Shown: positions 45,599 to 56,619, counted from the first letter of the stretch. The stretch is 64,000 bases of DNA from Alphaproteobacteria bacterium (GCA_965214705.1 OZ243972.1:3232001-3296000), one strand, 5' to 3'. A program made the numbers and translations. Notes: generated by a model from the letters alone, not told the origin.

Positions 45599-46372
45599 AT
45601 GGCGACACGGACAACGGGCGCGACGAGGCGAGGGAGGGTCGGATGGACCAACATCCACTTCTTCGCCAACCCGGCCCGCTTTCTCCGCGTGGCACGCGCG
45701 GTCTATCCCTGGGCGGCGGGTGCGACTGCCGCACTGATCGTGGCCGGCCTGGTGCTCGGCCTCTACGTGGCGCCGCCTGACTACCAACAGGGCGACGCCT
45801 ACCGCATCATCTTCGTCCACGTGCCGGCGGCGTGGATGTCGCTCTTCGTCTATGTCGTGATCGCGCTCTGCAGCGTGGCCAGCCTCGTCTGGCGCCATCC
45901 GCTTGCTGACCTGGTAGCAAAGTCGAGCGCACCGGTGGGTGCTGCCTTCACCTTCATCACGCTCTTGAGCGGGTCCCTCTGGGGGCAGCCGATGTGGGGC
46001 ACCTGGTGGGTGTGGGACGCGCGCCTCACCTCGATGCTGATCCTGTTCTTCCTCTATCTCGGCTACATCGCGCTCCATGCCGCCTTCGACGATCCGGCCA
46101 AGGGCGCCCGCGTCGCCGCGATCCTGGCGCTGGTCGGCGTCGTCAACGTGCCCATCGTCAAGTTCTCGGTCGACTGGTGGAACACGCTGCACCAGCCCGC
46201 GACGATCTCGAAGATCGATGCGCCGTCGATCGACGGCTCCATGATCGCGCCGCTGCTGCTCATGGCGGCGGGCTTCATGGCCTACTACGTGACGGTGCTG
46301 ATTCCGCGCGTACGCGCCGAGATTGCGAGCAGGCGTATCCGAAATTTGCGAATGGCCCAGGTCTCTCGATAG
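45599..46372 (+). CDS. ccmC: Heme exporter protein C
   Basis: HVPAAW, WGQPMWGTWWVWDARLT (WWD domain), WWNTLHQ. Confidence 0.95.
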   Translation: MATRTTGATRRGRVGWTNIHFFANPARFLRVARAVYPWAAGATAALIVAGLVLGLYVAPPDYQQGDAYRIIFVHVPAAWMSLFVYVVIALCSVASLVWRHPLADLVAKSSAPVGAAFTFITLLSGSLWGQPMWGTWWVWDARLTSMLILFFLYLGYIALHAAFDDPAKGARVAAILALVGVVNVPIVKFSVDWWNTLHQPATISKIDAPSIDGSMIAPLLLMAAGFMAYYVTVLIPRVRAEIASRRIRNLRMAQVSR

Positions 46373-46405
46373 GGCCGCGCGGGTACAGGTGAGGCGGGTG
46401 TCGCG

Positions 46406-47362
46406 CTAGCTTTCGGTGACGGCGCCCAGCTCAAGGTACTTCTCCCGCCGCTGGCTGCGCAGGGCCGCGCCGTCGAGGCCGCGCAGGTCGGCGAACGCTT
46501 CCTCCAGCGCCGAACCGGCCCGATCGATCATGCTTGCTGCATCCCGGTGGGCGCCGCCCACGGGCTCCGGCACGATGCCGTCGATCACGCCGAGCGCGTG
46601 CAAGTCTTCCGCCGTTAACCGCAGCGCCTCCGCCGCCGTCTCCGCAAGGGCCGCGTCGCGCCACAGGATCGAGGCACAGCCCTCGGGCGAGATCACCGAA
46701 TAAATCGCGTGCTCCATCATCAGCACGCGGTTGGCGACGCCGAGCGCAATCGCTCCGCCGGAGCCGCCCTCGCCGATGATGAGCGCAACCACGGGGACCC
46801 TGACATCGAGACAGGCTTCGATGCAGCGGGCGATGGCCTCGGCTTGCCCGCGCTCCTCAGCGCCGATGCCGGGATAGGCGCCCGGCGTGTCGATCAGCGT
46901 CAGCACAGGCACCTGAAAGCGCTCCGCCAGCCGCAGCAGGCGCGACGCCTTACGGTAACCTTCGGGGTTGGCCATGCCGAAATTGTGGGCGACCCGGCCC
47001 TCGGTATCGGACCCCTTCTCCTGGCCGATGACCATGGTGGTGTGGCCCTGGAAGCGCCCCAGCCCTCCGATCACCGCCCGGTCCTCGCCGAAGGCACGGT
47101 CACCGGCAAGCGGCAGGAAGTCCGTGATGAGGCGCGAAATGTAGTCGGAGCAGTGGGGCCTGAGCTGATGGCGGGCGACCAGCGTCTTCTGCCAAGGAGT
47201 GAGGCGGCTGTAGGTCTGCTTGAGCAGGCGGTCGACCTTGCCCTCGAGGCGGGAGACCTCGTCGAGCATGTTGACGCCGCTGTCGTCGCTGAGGTGGCGA
47301 AGCTCCTGGAGCTTGCCTTCGATCTCCGCGATCGGCTTCTCGAAGTCGAGATAACTGTTCAT
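46406..47362 (-). CDS. accA: Acetyl-CoA carboxylase carboxyltransferase alpha
   Basis: [29 protein letters not shown]. Confidence 0.96.
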   Translation of the reverse strand: MNSYLDFEKPIAEIEGKLQELRHLSDDSGVNMLDEVSRLEGKVDRLLKQTYSRLTPWQKTLVARHQLRPHCSDYISRLITDFLPLAGDRAFGEDRAVIGGLGRFQGHTTMVIGQEKGSDTEGRVAHNFGMANPEGYRKASRLLRLAERFQVPVLTLIDTPGAYPGIGAEERGQAEAIARCIEACLDVRVPVVALIIGEGGSGGAIALGVANRVLMMEHAIYSVISPEGCASILWRDAALAETAAEALRLTAEDLHALGVIDGIVPEPVGGAHRDAASMIDRAGSALEEAFADLRGLDGAALRSQRREKYLELGAVTES

Positions 47363-47555
47363 CGACTCGCCCACTAACCCGCTTCATGTATAGCACGAGG
47401 CAACGATTCGACAATCGGAACCTCGGATTATCGGCGCCCGTCTCTCGTCGCGACGGTCGCTCCTGGCAACCGGCCCCCGCTGCTGGCGCCATATGGGGTG
47501 CGCACTGGCGACGTGCAACCCGGCCCTTGCAGCGCGTGCGAGCGGGGCCGTTGCC

Positions 47556-48842
47556 TCAGGCGTCGTGGCCTCTGGCGGCTCGGGAGCGCGGGATTACCCG
47601 GAGCTGGGTGATCTGATTTCGCCTGCGGGCGCGGACCTCGAATGTGAAGCCGTAGAGCGAGAATGACTCGCCGATCTCGGGAATCTCCTGCGCCTCGTTC
47701 AGCACGAGACCCGCGATGGTGGCCGCCTCCTCGTCGGGAAGATCCCAGTCGTAACGCCGATTGAGGTCGCGAATCGCGACGGTTCCCGGGATCAGGAACG
47801 AGCCGTCGTCGCTCTCCACCACCTCGCTGAGCGCAACATCGTGCTCGTCGACGATCTCGCCCACGATCTCCTCGATGATGTCCTCCAGGGTCACGAGACC
47901 CATCAGCGAGCCGTATTCGTCGACGATCAGCGCGAAGTGGGCCCGACGCTCGCGGAACGAGTGGAGCTGCTCGTCGAGCGGCGTGGTCTCGGGCACGAAC
48001 CAGGGTTCGGTCACGATCGACATGACGTCGAGTCGGTCGAGGTCGGCGAGGTTCGCATGCATCGCCCGTAGCAGGTCCTTGGCATGCAGAACGCCCACGA
48101 TGTTGTCCGGCTCGCCCTTCCAGACCGGCAGGCGCGTGTGGGGGCTGCGGACGACCTGGTCGAGGACGTCGGCGGGCGCCGCGTCGGCGTCGATCATCTC
48201 CATGGTCTTGCGGTGGGTCATGACCGCGCCGACTTCGATCTCCTCCAGGTCGAGGATGCTGCGGAGCATGTCGCGCTCATGCTTGACCATGGCGCCTTCC
48301 TGCGCCTGCAGGGCGATGGTACCGCGAAGCTCCTCCTCGGCGGCGCTCGCCGTCCTCGGTCCCTGCGAGGCCCCGGCCGCACTAAGCGTGGCCGAGACGA
48401 CCAGCCTTACGGCGCCGACGATGGGGGAGAGCAGCCACACGATGGGGCGCAGCACCGGCGCCACCCTGAGCGCGACCCGGTCGGCATCGCGGATCGCGTA
48501 GGTCTTTGGCAGCACCTCGGCGAAGACCAGAATGACCAGAGTCATGCCGATCGTCGCATAGGCCACGCCGGCGTCCCCGACCACCGAAATCAGAACGCTG
48601 GTGGCCAGTGCGGAGGCGAGGATGTTGACGGCGTTGTTGCCGAGCAGAATCGCGCCGATCAGTCGCTCCCGATCGTCGGTGAGCCGCTCGACCGCACGCG
48701 CGCGCCTGTCGCCGGCGCCTGCCAGATGGTGCATGCGCGGGCGGGAGGCTGCGGTCAGGGCCGTCTCAGAGCCTGAGAAGAAGCCCGATAACGCGATCAG
48801 CAAGCCGATCGCGCCGATGGTGATGGCAGTCTCGGTCGTCAT
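47556..48842 (-). CDS. HlyC/CorC (CNNM + CBS) transporter
   Basis: FFSGSETA, EVLPK, VDEYG, LEDIIEEIVGEI. Confidence 0.92.
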   Translation of the reverse strand: MTTETAITIGAIGLLIALSGFFSGSETALTAASRPRMHHLAGAGDRRARAVERLTDDRERLIGAILLGNNAVNILASALATSVLISVVGDAGVAYATIGMTLVILVFAEVLPKTYAIRDADRVALRVAPVLRPIVWLLSPIVGAVRLVVSATLSAAGASQGPRTASAAEEELRGTIALQAQEGAMVKHERDMLRSILDLEEIEVGAVMTHRKTMEMIDADAAPADVLDQVVRSPHTRLPVWKGEPDNIVGVLHAKDLLRAMHANLADLDRLDVMSIVTEPWFVPETTPLDEQLHSFRERRAHFALIVDEYGSLMGLVTLEDIIEEIVGEIVDEHDVALSEVVESDDGSFLIPGTVAIRDLNRRYDWDLPDEEAATIAGLVLNEAQEIPEIGESFSLYGFTFEVRARRRNQITQLRVIPRSRAARGHDA

Positions 48843-48894
48843 GGGTGCGTCGTTGAGGATTGTGGAGGGATGTAATTCGGAGGCGCCGTGAACC

Positions 48895-50040
48895 TCATTC
48901 GCCGAAAGCTTGGTCGAGCAGGGCGCCGAGCGCCTCCGGCGGTACGTCCCGGCTGAGGAAGGCGTGCCCGATGCCGCGTGTCAGGACGAACGTCATCCGT
49001 CCGCCCTGAACCTTCTTGTCATGTTTCATTCGCTCGATCAGTGCGGCTGAGTTCCACCCGATCGCGGGAAGGGCATCTGCCTCGCTGGGCAGCCCGACCG
49101 CGCGGAAATGGGCCGCGACCCGCGCGGCGTCATCCTTGCTGCACAGGCCGAGGGCTGCGGAGAGTCGGTGCGCCAGCACCATGCCATAGGCCACCGCCTC
49201 GCCGTGCAGGAGCGATCCGTCGTAGCCGGCCTCCGCCTCCAGGGCATGGGCGAAGGTGTGTCCCAGATTGAGCAAGGCCCGGCTGCCGCTCTCGCGCTCG
49301 TCGGCGGCAACGATGCGCGCCTTGGCACGGCACGAATGGGCCACGGCGGTCCGCAGCACGTCCGGATCGCCATCAAGGAGTGCCGGGCCGTTGGTTTCAA
49401 GCCAGGCGAAGAACGCCGGGTCGTCGATGAGGCCGTATTTCACGACCTCGGCGTAGCCTGCCCTGCGCTCGCGCAGCGGCAGCGTGGCGAGCGTCGCCAC
49501 GTCGGCGAGCACCAGGCGCGGCTGATAAAACGTCCCGATCAGGTTCTTGCCGTGGGTGCTGTTCACGCCGGTCTTGCCGCCGACACCGCTGTCCACCTGG
49601 GCAAGAAGCGTTGTCGGTATCTGAACGAAGGGAACACCGCGCAGCAGGATGCTCGCGGCGAAGCCGGTGAGGTCGCCGACGACCCCGCCGCCCAGTGCCA
49701 CCAGCGCGGTCGACCGCTCGATCCCGCGGTCCAGGATGTCGTCCAGCACGCCACCCAGCGTCGCCAGGTCCTTGCTGCGCTCCCCCGACTCGACGATCAG
49801 GTGGGAGGGCGCGAAGCCGGCCGTCCGCAGGGCGTCGAGTGTCGCGTCGAGATAGAGCCCAGCCACGACGCGGTCGGTGACCACAACCGCAGAGCGGCCT
49901 GCCAGGAGCGGCGCCATGAGCCGTCCCGCCTCGCTGACGAGGCCGGCACCCACCACGACGTCGTAGCTGCGCGGTCCGAGTTCGACACGCACCGTCTCCC
50001 GGTCATGGTCGGTTCGTGGGTCGGGGTCCGCCGTACTCAC
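48895..50040 (-). CDS. aroB: 3-dehydroquinate synthase
   Basis: GGGVVGDL, PTTLLAQVDS, GKTG, LNLGHT, HGEAV. Confidence 0.96.
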   Translation of the reverse strand: MSTADPDPRTDHDRETVRVELGPRSYDVVVGAGLVSEAGRLMAPLLAGRSAVVVTDRVVAGLYLDATLDALRTAGFAPSHLIVESGERSKDLATLGGVLDDILDRGIERSTALVALGGGVVGDLTGFAASILLRGVPFVQIPTTLLAQVDSGVGGKTGVNSTHGKNLIGTFYQPRLVLADVATLATLPLRERRAGYAEVVKYGLIDDPAFFAWLETNGPALLDGDPDVLRTAVAHSCRAKARIVAADERESGSRALLNLGHTFAHALEAEAGYDGSLLHGEAVAYGMVLAHRLSAALGLCSKDDAARVAAHFRAVGLPSEADALPAIGWNSAALIERMKHDKKVQGGRMTFVLTRGIGHAFLSRDVPPEALGALLDQAFGE

Positions 50041-50044
50041 CGGG

Positions 50045-50638
50045 TCAGGCCTCGACGCTCGCCGATGACGGATCAGGACCCGGCTCTCGCCGCTGCGCCT
50101 CGACATGCGCGCCGAGCGCGCCAAGCACCGCCTCCACCGTTTGTTCGTGCGGTCCGTCCCCGCTTTCCACGACAACGTCGGCCTCGGCGTAGATCGGGTG
50201 ACGCTCATTCATCAGCCGCTGCAGGATTTCGCGCGGATCGCCGCCGGCCAGCAGCGGACGGTTGTTGCGCCGCGAGACGCGGGAGACCAGCAAGTCTAGG
50301 TCGGCGCGCAGCCACACCGATATGCCGCACGCCCGGATCGCCGCGCGCGTTTCGGGGTCCATGAACGCCCCTCCGCCCGTAGCCAGAACGTGCGGCGGGC
50401 GGGTCAGCAGCCGGGCGATGACCCGCCGCTCGCCGTCGCGGAATGCCGCTTCGCCGTGTATTTCAAATATGTCAGAGATCGAGCATCCTGCGGCGCGCTC
50501 GATCTCTTCGTCCGCATCGACGAACGGAATGCCGAGTCGACTGGCGAGCCGACGGCCGATCGCGCTCTTGCCCGCACCCATCAGACCCACGAGGACGACC
50601 GAGCAGTCTATCCGTGGGCACCCCAATTCTGCCGTCAT
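50045..50638 (-). CDS. aroK: Shikimate kinase
   Basis: [23 protein letters not shown]. Confidence 0.95.
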   Translation of the reverse strand: MTAELGCPRIDCSVVLVGLMGAGKSAIGRRLASRLGIPFVDADEEIERAAGCSISDIFEIHGEAAFRDGERRVIARLLTRPPHVLATGGGAFMDPETRAAIRACGISVWLRADLDLLVSRVSRRNNRPLLAGGDPREILQRLMNERHPIYAEADVVVESGDGPHEQTVEAVLGALGAHVEAQRREPGPDPSSASVEA

Positions 50639-50805
50639 CGGCTCAGCGGCACACTCCGCCCCGCCCGGCCGCGGGTCGTTGAAGCGCCGCGCCCGCGCCG
50701 ATAGACTGCCACACCATCGCCATAATCCGATTCTAACACACAAGCGTCGAATGCCTCGCGGCTGATTCAGCGTCGACGCGTGTTCAGGAGTGAAGGCACG
50801 TCCCG

Positions 50806-50934
50806 TTGAAAGTCCTCGTCATCATCCTCTTGCTCATCATCGGCGGCGGAATCGGATTTCTTTTGACCTGGGACATCCCCCCGCCGCCCGGTCCGGTCGA
50901 AAAGGTGCTGTCCAATGATCGCTTCGAGAAGTGA
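50806..50934 (+). CDS. 42-aa small membrane protein missed by the ORF track
   Basis: TTG start; [42 protein letters not shown]; single TM helix; stop overlaps the next ORF's GTG. Confidence 0.65.
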   Translation: MKVLVIILLLIIGGGIGFLLTWDIPPPPGPVEKVLSNDRFEK

Positions 50935-52832
50935 GAGCACCCCCGGGTAGTCGGATGTTCCGACTGCCTCTTTGCCGCTCGCGAGTTGGCCGAAAGCCAT
51001 GGTCCGCGCTTGTCGGCGCATTCCTTCCGGCTGTTCTGCTGCTGATCGCGTCCGTAGGCGAAAGCATCGCTCAGGATTCCGATGAGCCGTTGCGGCTGAT
51101 CCCGCAGCAGCAGAGCGAGGACGTCGACGAGAGCGGCGCGGAGCTTGGCGAGGGCGAAGACGCGTCCCCGAACATCGATTCGGTCGTAGGCGCAGAGGGC
51201 GACGACGCGACCGCTTCGGCCGCTCCCGCATCGGCCGAAGGCGGCATCCGTGTGGGCGCGCTCGAGGCCATCGATCCTGATGCGGCTGGCATTCCGGTCG
51301 AGGGACTTGAGCCGTTTCCTGGCGATCTCTGGTCGGGCTCGCGTCGCTCAAGGATCGAAGCCTTGCTGCCGCGCCTGCCCGTCGCGGCGCCTTCTTTCGT
51401 CATGCGGCGGCTCGCGTTGGGGTTGCTCACCTCGCCGTCGCAACCGCCTGCTGGTGAGGGCGAGGCCGGTGCGCTCGCCCTCGCGCGGGCCGAGCGCCTG
51501 GTGGCCATGGGTGCGCGCGACGCTGCTCTCGCGCTGCTGGAGAGTGCCGGTCCGGCCGGGGGTCAAAACCTCACCGCCCGGATCGAGAACGACCGCCTTC
51601 TCGCTGCGTTCGACCTCGACGCCGCTTGCGCGCAAATCCTTGGCAAGGCAGGGCGGGCCGGCGATGGTTATTGGCGCCGCGTGCGCATCCTGTGTCAGGC
51701 GCACGCCGGCATGATTGAGGCCGCGACGCTCGGCCTGGAGCTGCTGCTGGAAACCGATACCGCGTCCGACCAGGTGTTCGACGACACCATCTATGCCATG
51801 GCGGGGTTGGCCGAGCCGGTCGTGGATTCGATGGCCGATCCGACTCCCCTGCGCGTCGCCGCCTGGCGGCTTGCGCAGCTCCCGATCCCGGTGGAAGCGG
51901 TGGCGAGAGCAGCGCCCGATGTGCTGCCGGCGATTGTCGTCGCGCCGGAATCCCTGCCGGGGGCACGGCTGCTGGCGGCGGAGCGCGCGGCGGCGACCGG
52001 CACGCTCCCCATTGAAGCCCTTCGCGATCTCTATCGAACCATGTCGTTCTCGTCGGAGGAGCGCGCCGATGCCCTGGCGCAGGTCGAATCGCTGGAACCG
52101 CCGCTCGGCCGCGCCTTGATGCTCCAGGCGATCGAGACAGAGACGGCGCCTGCGCTCAGGGCGGAGCTGCTGGCGGAGGCCCTTTTTCTTGCCGAGGCTC
52201 AAGGGGCTCACGGGACTGCGGCGCGCGCGTTCGCGCATCTGGTGGGCACGGTGCCGCCAGCGCCCGCGCACGTCTGGTTCGGCGCGGCGGCCGGGCGAGC
52301 TCTCATTGCGGCCGGCGAGCTCGATGCGGCTGCACGCTGGTACGCACTGGCCACGGACCATGGCTCGCGCAACCCCGAAGCGTTACGCGCCTCGTTGCGG
52401 CTCTGGCCGTTGATGCTTCTGAGCGGCGATGACGACCATCTGACGAAGGCCAAGTTCGACGCGTGGCTTTCTCTGCGGGCCGACGAAGGCGGGCGCACCG
52501 TGGCGGTCGCGCGAGCGAACTGGCTGGCGATTCTGGTCGATGCGCTCGGGGGCCGCGTAGACCCGGAGGTCTGGGATCGCCTGTTGCTCGACGAGCCACC
52601 TGTGGCAGCGCGAGGGCCGGCGCTGGCGCCGGCGAACGCATTGCTGAAGGCGGCCGAGGGCGGGCAGCTCGGCGAAACCGTCCTGTTGGCGCTGCTCCTG
52701 CTCGGCGACGCCGGCCCTGCCGCTGCAGGCATCGCGACCGTCGGGCCCGTGGTCTCCAGCCTCGTTTCTGCCGACCTGCAGGAGGAGGCGCGGGCGATCG
52801 CCCTGGAAGCGGCGCTCGCGGCGGGGCTTTGA
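50931..52832 (+). CDS. Exported alpha-helical hypothetical protein upstream of xerD
   Basis: Signal-like hydrophobic segment, acidic linker, Ala/Leu-rich helices; start uncertain (ATG 50955 possible). Confidence 0.75.
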   Translation: MRAPPGSRMFRLPLCRSRVGRKPWSALVGAFLPAVLLLIASVGESIAQDSDEPLRLIPQQQSEDVDESGAELGEGEDASPNIDSVVGAEGDDATASAAPASAEGGIRVGALEAIDPDAAGIPVEGLEPFPGDLWSGSRRSRIEALLPRLPVAAPSFVMRRLALGLLTSPSQPPAGEGEAGALALARAERLVAMGARDAALALLESAGPAGGQNLTARIENDRLLAAFDLDAACAQILGKAGRAGDGYWRRVRILCQAHAGMIEAATLGLELLLETDTASDQVFDDTIYAMAGLAEPVVDSMADPTPLRVAAWRLAQLPIPVEAVARAAPDVLPAIVVAPESLPGARLLAAERAAATGTLPIEALRDLYRTMSFSSEERADALAQVESLEPPLGRALMLQAIETETAPALRAELLAEALFLAEAQGAHGTAARAFAHLVGTVPPAPAHVWFGAAAGRALIAAGELDAAARWYALATDHGSRNPEALRASLRLWPLMLLSGDDDHLTKAKFDAWLSLRADEGGRTVAVARANWLAILVDALGGRVDPEVWDRLLLDEPPVAARGPALAPANALLKAAEGGQLGETVLLALLLLGDAGPAAAGIATVGPVVSSLVSADLQEEARAIALEAALAAGL

Positions 52833-53827
52833 CGCGTCGAGGGCGGCCAGGGACGGTCGAAGCCGCGCTCCGCGAGAGCGACGCGGCCGCCATCGAGGCG
52901 TTTCTCGAAATGGCTGCGGCAGAGCGCGGGCTCGCCCGCAATTCGATCGACGCCTACCGGCGCGATCTCGCCTGCTTCGCCGCCTATCTCGCGCCCTCGG
53001 GTGTGGCGCTGGTTGAGGCCGACTCTGCGTCGATCCGGGGGTTCGTGGCGGAACAACGCCGCTCCGGCGTTGCGGCGCGCACCGCGGCGCGTCGGCTCTC
53101 CTGCCTGCGCCAGTTCTATCGGTTCCTGCTGACCGACGGCCGGCGTGACGACGATCCGACCGCGACGGTGGATTCGCCGACACTCCCTCGCACGCTCCCC
53201 GGCGTGCTGAGCGAGGAGGAGGTCGAGAGGCTGCTGGCGGCAGCGTGGCCTGAGGACGATGGAGCGGAGGTGTCGCCCAAGCGCGAGGCCGACGGGCTTC
53301 GCCTGCGGGCCATGATCGAGCTGCTGTACGGCAGCGGTCTCCGCGTCTCGGAGCTGGTGTCGCTGCCGCTCCACGCGGTCTCGGCCGAGACGCAGAGCCT
53401 GCTGGTGCGGGGCAAAGGCGACAAGGAACGCCTGGTTCCGCTCGGGGCGCCCGCCCGCCGGGCGCTGGACGCCTATCTCGCGGTGCGCGATCGCCACCTG
53501 GCGGACGGAGCGCCGTCCCGCTGGCTGTTCCCCTCGCGCGGCGCGAGCGGTCACCTGACGCGGCATCGCCTTGCGCAGATGCTCAAGGCGTTGGCGCAGG
53601 CAGCGGGGATCGAGCCGAGCCGGGTCTCGCCCCATGCGCTGCGCCATGCCTTCGCCAGTCACCTGCTCGCCCACGGGGCGGACCTGAGGGCGGTGCAAAA
53701 GATGCTCGGCCACGCCGACATCGCGACGACGGAAATCTACACCCATGTTCTCGACGAGCGGCTCAAGCGGCTGGTCGAGGCCGGGCATCCCCTTGCCGCC
53801 GCGGGCCGCGCGCGCTCGGGCGGCTAA
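52829..53827 (+). CDS. xerD: Tyrosine recombinase XerD
   Basis: AYRRDL, GLRVSEL, GKGDKER, PHALRHAFASH, LGHADIATTEIYTH. Confidence 0.92.
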   Translation: MTRRGRPGTVEAALRESDAAAIEAFLEMAAAERGLARNSIDAYRRDLACFAAYLAPSGVALVEADSASIRGFVAEQRRSGVAARTAARRLSCLRQFYRFLLTDGRRDDDPTATVDSPTLPRTLPGVLSEEEVERLLAAAWPEDDGAEVSPKREADGLRLRAMIELLYGSGLRVSELVSLPLHAVSAETQSLLVRGKGDKERLVPLGAPARRALDAYLAVRDRHLADGAPSRWLFPSRGASGHLTRHRLAQMLKALAQAAGIEPSRVSPHALRHAFASHLLAHGADLRAVQKMLGHADIATTEIYTHVLDERLKRLVEAGHPLAAAGRARSGG

Positions 53828-54012
53828 AGACATGCTCGAGCGGGCATATTTCAGGTCTGTACCCAGGCCGCCGGTTGTCGGCCTGCGGCGCGCTGTACTA
53901 ATGTGCCCGACTGCCGCGGGCCATGTAGCCGTCGCAGGGGAAGAGCCGTCTGGATGGGCCTGCGAGCGATCATGGAGCACAGACTCGGCGTTCCGGGGAT
54001 GACGGACAGGCG

Positions 54013-55170
54013 ATGAGCGGGCAGCGGCCATTCCTGATTCGCATGAGCCTCTTCCTGGCCCTCGTGGTCGGGGTGGTGGTCGTGCTGAGCGACACCCTGG
54101 GCGATGCGTTCTTCGCCAATTCGATTCTGAACGGCGTCATCCTTGGCGCGCTGGTCATCGGCATCGTCTACAATTTCCGCCAGGTCCTGCTGTTGAAGCC
54201 GGATACCGCCTGGCTCGCGGCGGTGAAGAGCGACGACGTGCCGGGCGCCGCGCCGCCGTCGTCGGCACGCAAGCCGCGCCTTCTGGCGCCGCTCGCGACG
54301 ATGCTGGCTGACCGGCGCGGCCGCATGACGCTCTCCGCCGTTTCGCTCCGCAGCCTGCTCGACGGCATCGGCTCGCGACTCGACGAATCGCGCGATCTGT
54401 CGCGCTACATGATCGGCCTGTTGATCTTCCTGGGCCTGCTGGGTACGTTCTGGGGCCTGCTCCAGACCGTGACCTCGGTGGGCGACGTGATCGGCGACCT
54501 CTCGGTGGCCAATCAGGACATGCTCGGCGTCTTCGACGACCTCAAGGGCGGCCTCGAAGCCCCGCTCGAAGGGATGGGCACGGCCTTCAGCTCCTCGCTC
54601 TTCGGACTCGCGGGCTCGCTTATCCTGGGCTTTCTCGACCTCCAGGCGAACCAGGCGCGGAACCGCTTCTACAACGAGCTGGAGGACTGGCTCTCCTCCT
54701 ATACCCGGCTCACCGGCGGCACGCTCGGCGTGGAGGGCGACCAGTCGGTTCCGGCCTACGTCAGCGCCCTCCTGGAGAAGACCGCCGACAGCCTGGAGGA
54801 GCTGCAACGAACGCTCGCGCGCGGCGAAGAGCAGCGCGCAACCTCTTCGGCCAACCTCCTCTCGCTGACCGAGCGCTTGGCCACGCTCACCGACCACATG
54901 CGCTCCGAGCAGGACCTCATGGTCAAGCTGGTGGAGAATCAGCTGGAGATGCGGCCGGTGCTTGAGCGCCTCGCGGCGGGCGCCACCCGACAGGGCGGTC
55001 TCGACGAGCCCAGCCGCGCGCATCTGCGCAACCTGGACGTCTATCTCCAGCGGCTCCTGGAAGAGATGGTCTCCGGCCGCGAGCAGTCGGTCGCCGAGCT
55101 TCGCAGCGAGATCAAGCTCCTCGCACGGACCATAGCGGCGGTCGCCGAGAACGAGCGGCGCCAAAGCTGA
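54013..55170 (+). CDS. MotA/TolQ/ExbB-like membrane protein with long cytoplasmic tail
   Basis: LGLLGTFWG and GMGTAFSSSLFG channel helices. Confidence 0.8.
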   Translation: MSGQRPFLIRMSLFLALVVGVVVVLSDTLGDAFFANSILNGVILGALVIGIVYNFRQVLLLKPDTAWLAAVKSDDVPGAAPPSSARKPRLLAPLATMLADRRGRMTLSAVSLRSLLDGIGSRLDESRDLSRYMIGLLIFLGLLGTFWGLLQTVTSVGDVIGDLSVANQDMLGVFDDLKGGLEAPLEGMGTAFSSSLFGLAGSLILGFLDLQANQARNRFYNELEDWLSSYTRLTGGTLGVEGDQSVPAYVSALLEKTADSLEELQRTLARGEEQRATSSANLLSLTERLATLTDHMRSEQDLMVKLVENQLEMRPVLERLAAGATRQGGLDEPSRAHLRNLDVYLQRLLEEMVSGREQSVAELRSEIKLLARTIAAVAENERRQS

Positions 55171-55188
55171 GCGCGGGAGGCTCGCCCG

Positions 55189-56619
55189 GTGTTTGCCGCA
55201 TCGCGCCTGAAACGAAGGGGCTCTAGCGCCGACTACTGGCCGGGCTTCGTCGACCTGATGTCGACGCTGCTCCTGGTGATGATCTTCCTGCTCGTCGTCT
55301 ACATGCTGGCGCAGTACTTCCTGCAGCGGACCCTGTCCGAGGAGACCGAGGCGAAGGACGACCTCAACGCCCAGCTCAACAGTCTCGACGAAACGCTCGC
55401 CCTTGAGCAGCAGGCCAACGCGGATCTCAGGATCAATATCGCCCAGCTCGCGGATCAGCTTCAGAGCTCGCTTTCGGTTCGGGACCAGCTCATCGCCGAG
55501 CTTTCGATGATCACCGGCGAGCGCGACACGCTCCAGCTGCGTCTCAGGGAGATGACGGGGGAGGGGCAGTCCGCGCTCGCCGAAGCAGCCCAGGCCTCCA
55601 TCAGGGCGGATGCCGGCGAGGAGAAGGTCAAGGTCCTGCTTTCCGACGTCGAGCGCCTGCGCCGCGACATCGATGCGCTGAACGCGGTGCGCCGGGATCT
55701 CGAGTCCAAGGTCGGGATAATGGCGGCAGCGCTGATCGAGAGCCGAGGCGAGCTCGGCCAGAGCGAGGAGGAGACGGCAGCCGTGCGGGCCGATCTCTCG
55801 GCGCTGCGCGACACCACGGCTGAGCTCGAAGCACGCCTCTCCGACGAGCAGGAGCGCACGGTGCTCGCCCAGCGCACGCTGGAGGAGCGGGAAATCCGCC
55901 TCGCCGAGGTGCAGGCCCTTCACCTCGCGGCCCAGTCCTCGTACGACAGCACCCAGGCGGCACTGGACGAGAACCGCCAGCTCAGCGCGCGCCAGCGCGA
56001 CCAGATCGCCGTGCTCAACCAGCAGATCGACGCGCTGAGGGCGCAGCTCGGGCGCGTCGAGCAAGCCCTGCAGATCTCGGAGCGCAAGACCCAGGAACAG
56101 GACGTGACGATCGCCAACCTGGGCCAGCGCCTCAATATGGCGCTTGCCGCCAAGGTGGAAGAGCTCGCCGCCTATCGCTCCGAGTTCTTCGGCCGGCTCC
56201 GGGAGGTGCTCAGCGACCGCCGCGACTTCACCATCATCGGCGACCGCTTCGTCTTCCAGTCCGAGGTCCTGTTCGCCCCCGCCTCCGACGAGCTGGGCCC
56301 GGAAGGTCACGACAAGTTGGCGAAGTTTGCGCAGGTCCTCAGGGACGTGATGGTTCAGATTCCGTCTGATCTGCCCTGGATCCTGCAGGTCGACGGCCAC
56401 ACCGACAGCCGGCCGATACAGACGGCCCGCTTCCCCTCCAACTGGGAGCTCTCGGCGGCGCGCGCGATCTCGGTGGTGAACTTCCTCATCGCCCTCGGCA
56501 TCCCGCCCGCGCACCTGAGCGCCGCCGGCTACGGCGAGTTCCAGCCCCTCGACGCACGCGAGGACGAGATCGCCTATCGCCGCAACCGCCGCATCGAGCT
56601 CAAGCTGACTCAGCGTTAG
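55189..56619 (+). CDS. MotB/OmpA-like peptidoglycan-binding protein with long coiled coil
   Basis: WPGFVD TM motif with conserved Asp, coiled coil, GHTD, NWELSAARA, NRRIE. Confidence 0.88.
   Translation: MFAASRLKRRGSSADYWPGFVDLMSTLLLVMIFLLVVYMLAQYFLQRTLSEETEAKDDLNAQLNSLDETLALEQQANADLRINIAQLADQLQSSLSVRDQLIAELSMITGERDTLQLRLREMTGEGQSALAEAAQASIRADAGEEKVKVLLSDVERLRRDIDALNAVRRDLESKVGIMAAALIESRGELGQSEEETAAVRADLSALRDTTAELEARLSDEQERTVLAQRTLEEREIRLAEVQALHLAAQSSYDSTQAALDENRQLSARQRDQIAVLNQQIDALRAQLGRVEQALQISERKTQEQDVTIANLGQRLNMALAAKVEELAAYRSEFFGRLREVLSDRRDFTIIGDRFVFQSEVLFAPASDELGPEGHDKLAKFAQVLRDVMVQIPSDLPWILQVDGHTDSRPIQTARFPSNWELSAARAISVVNFLIALGIPPAHLSAAGYGEFQPLDAREDEIAYRRNRRIELKLTQR

Noticed and set aside
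52829-53827. Prophage or island integrase
   Set aside because: XerD-like sequence in a typical aroK/aroB context; no phage genes or att duplication seen
54013-56619. Zorya defence system
   Set aside because: No zorC/D/E-like genes; host-like composition and housekeeping context
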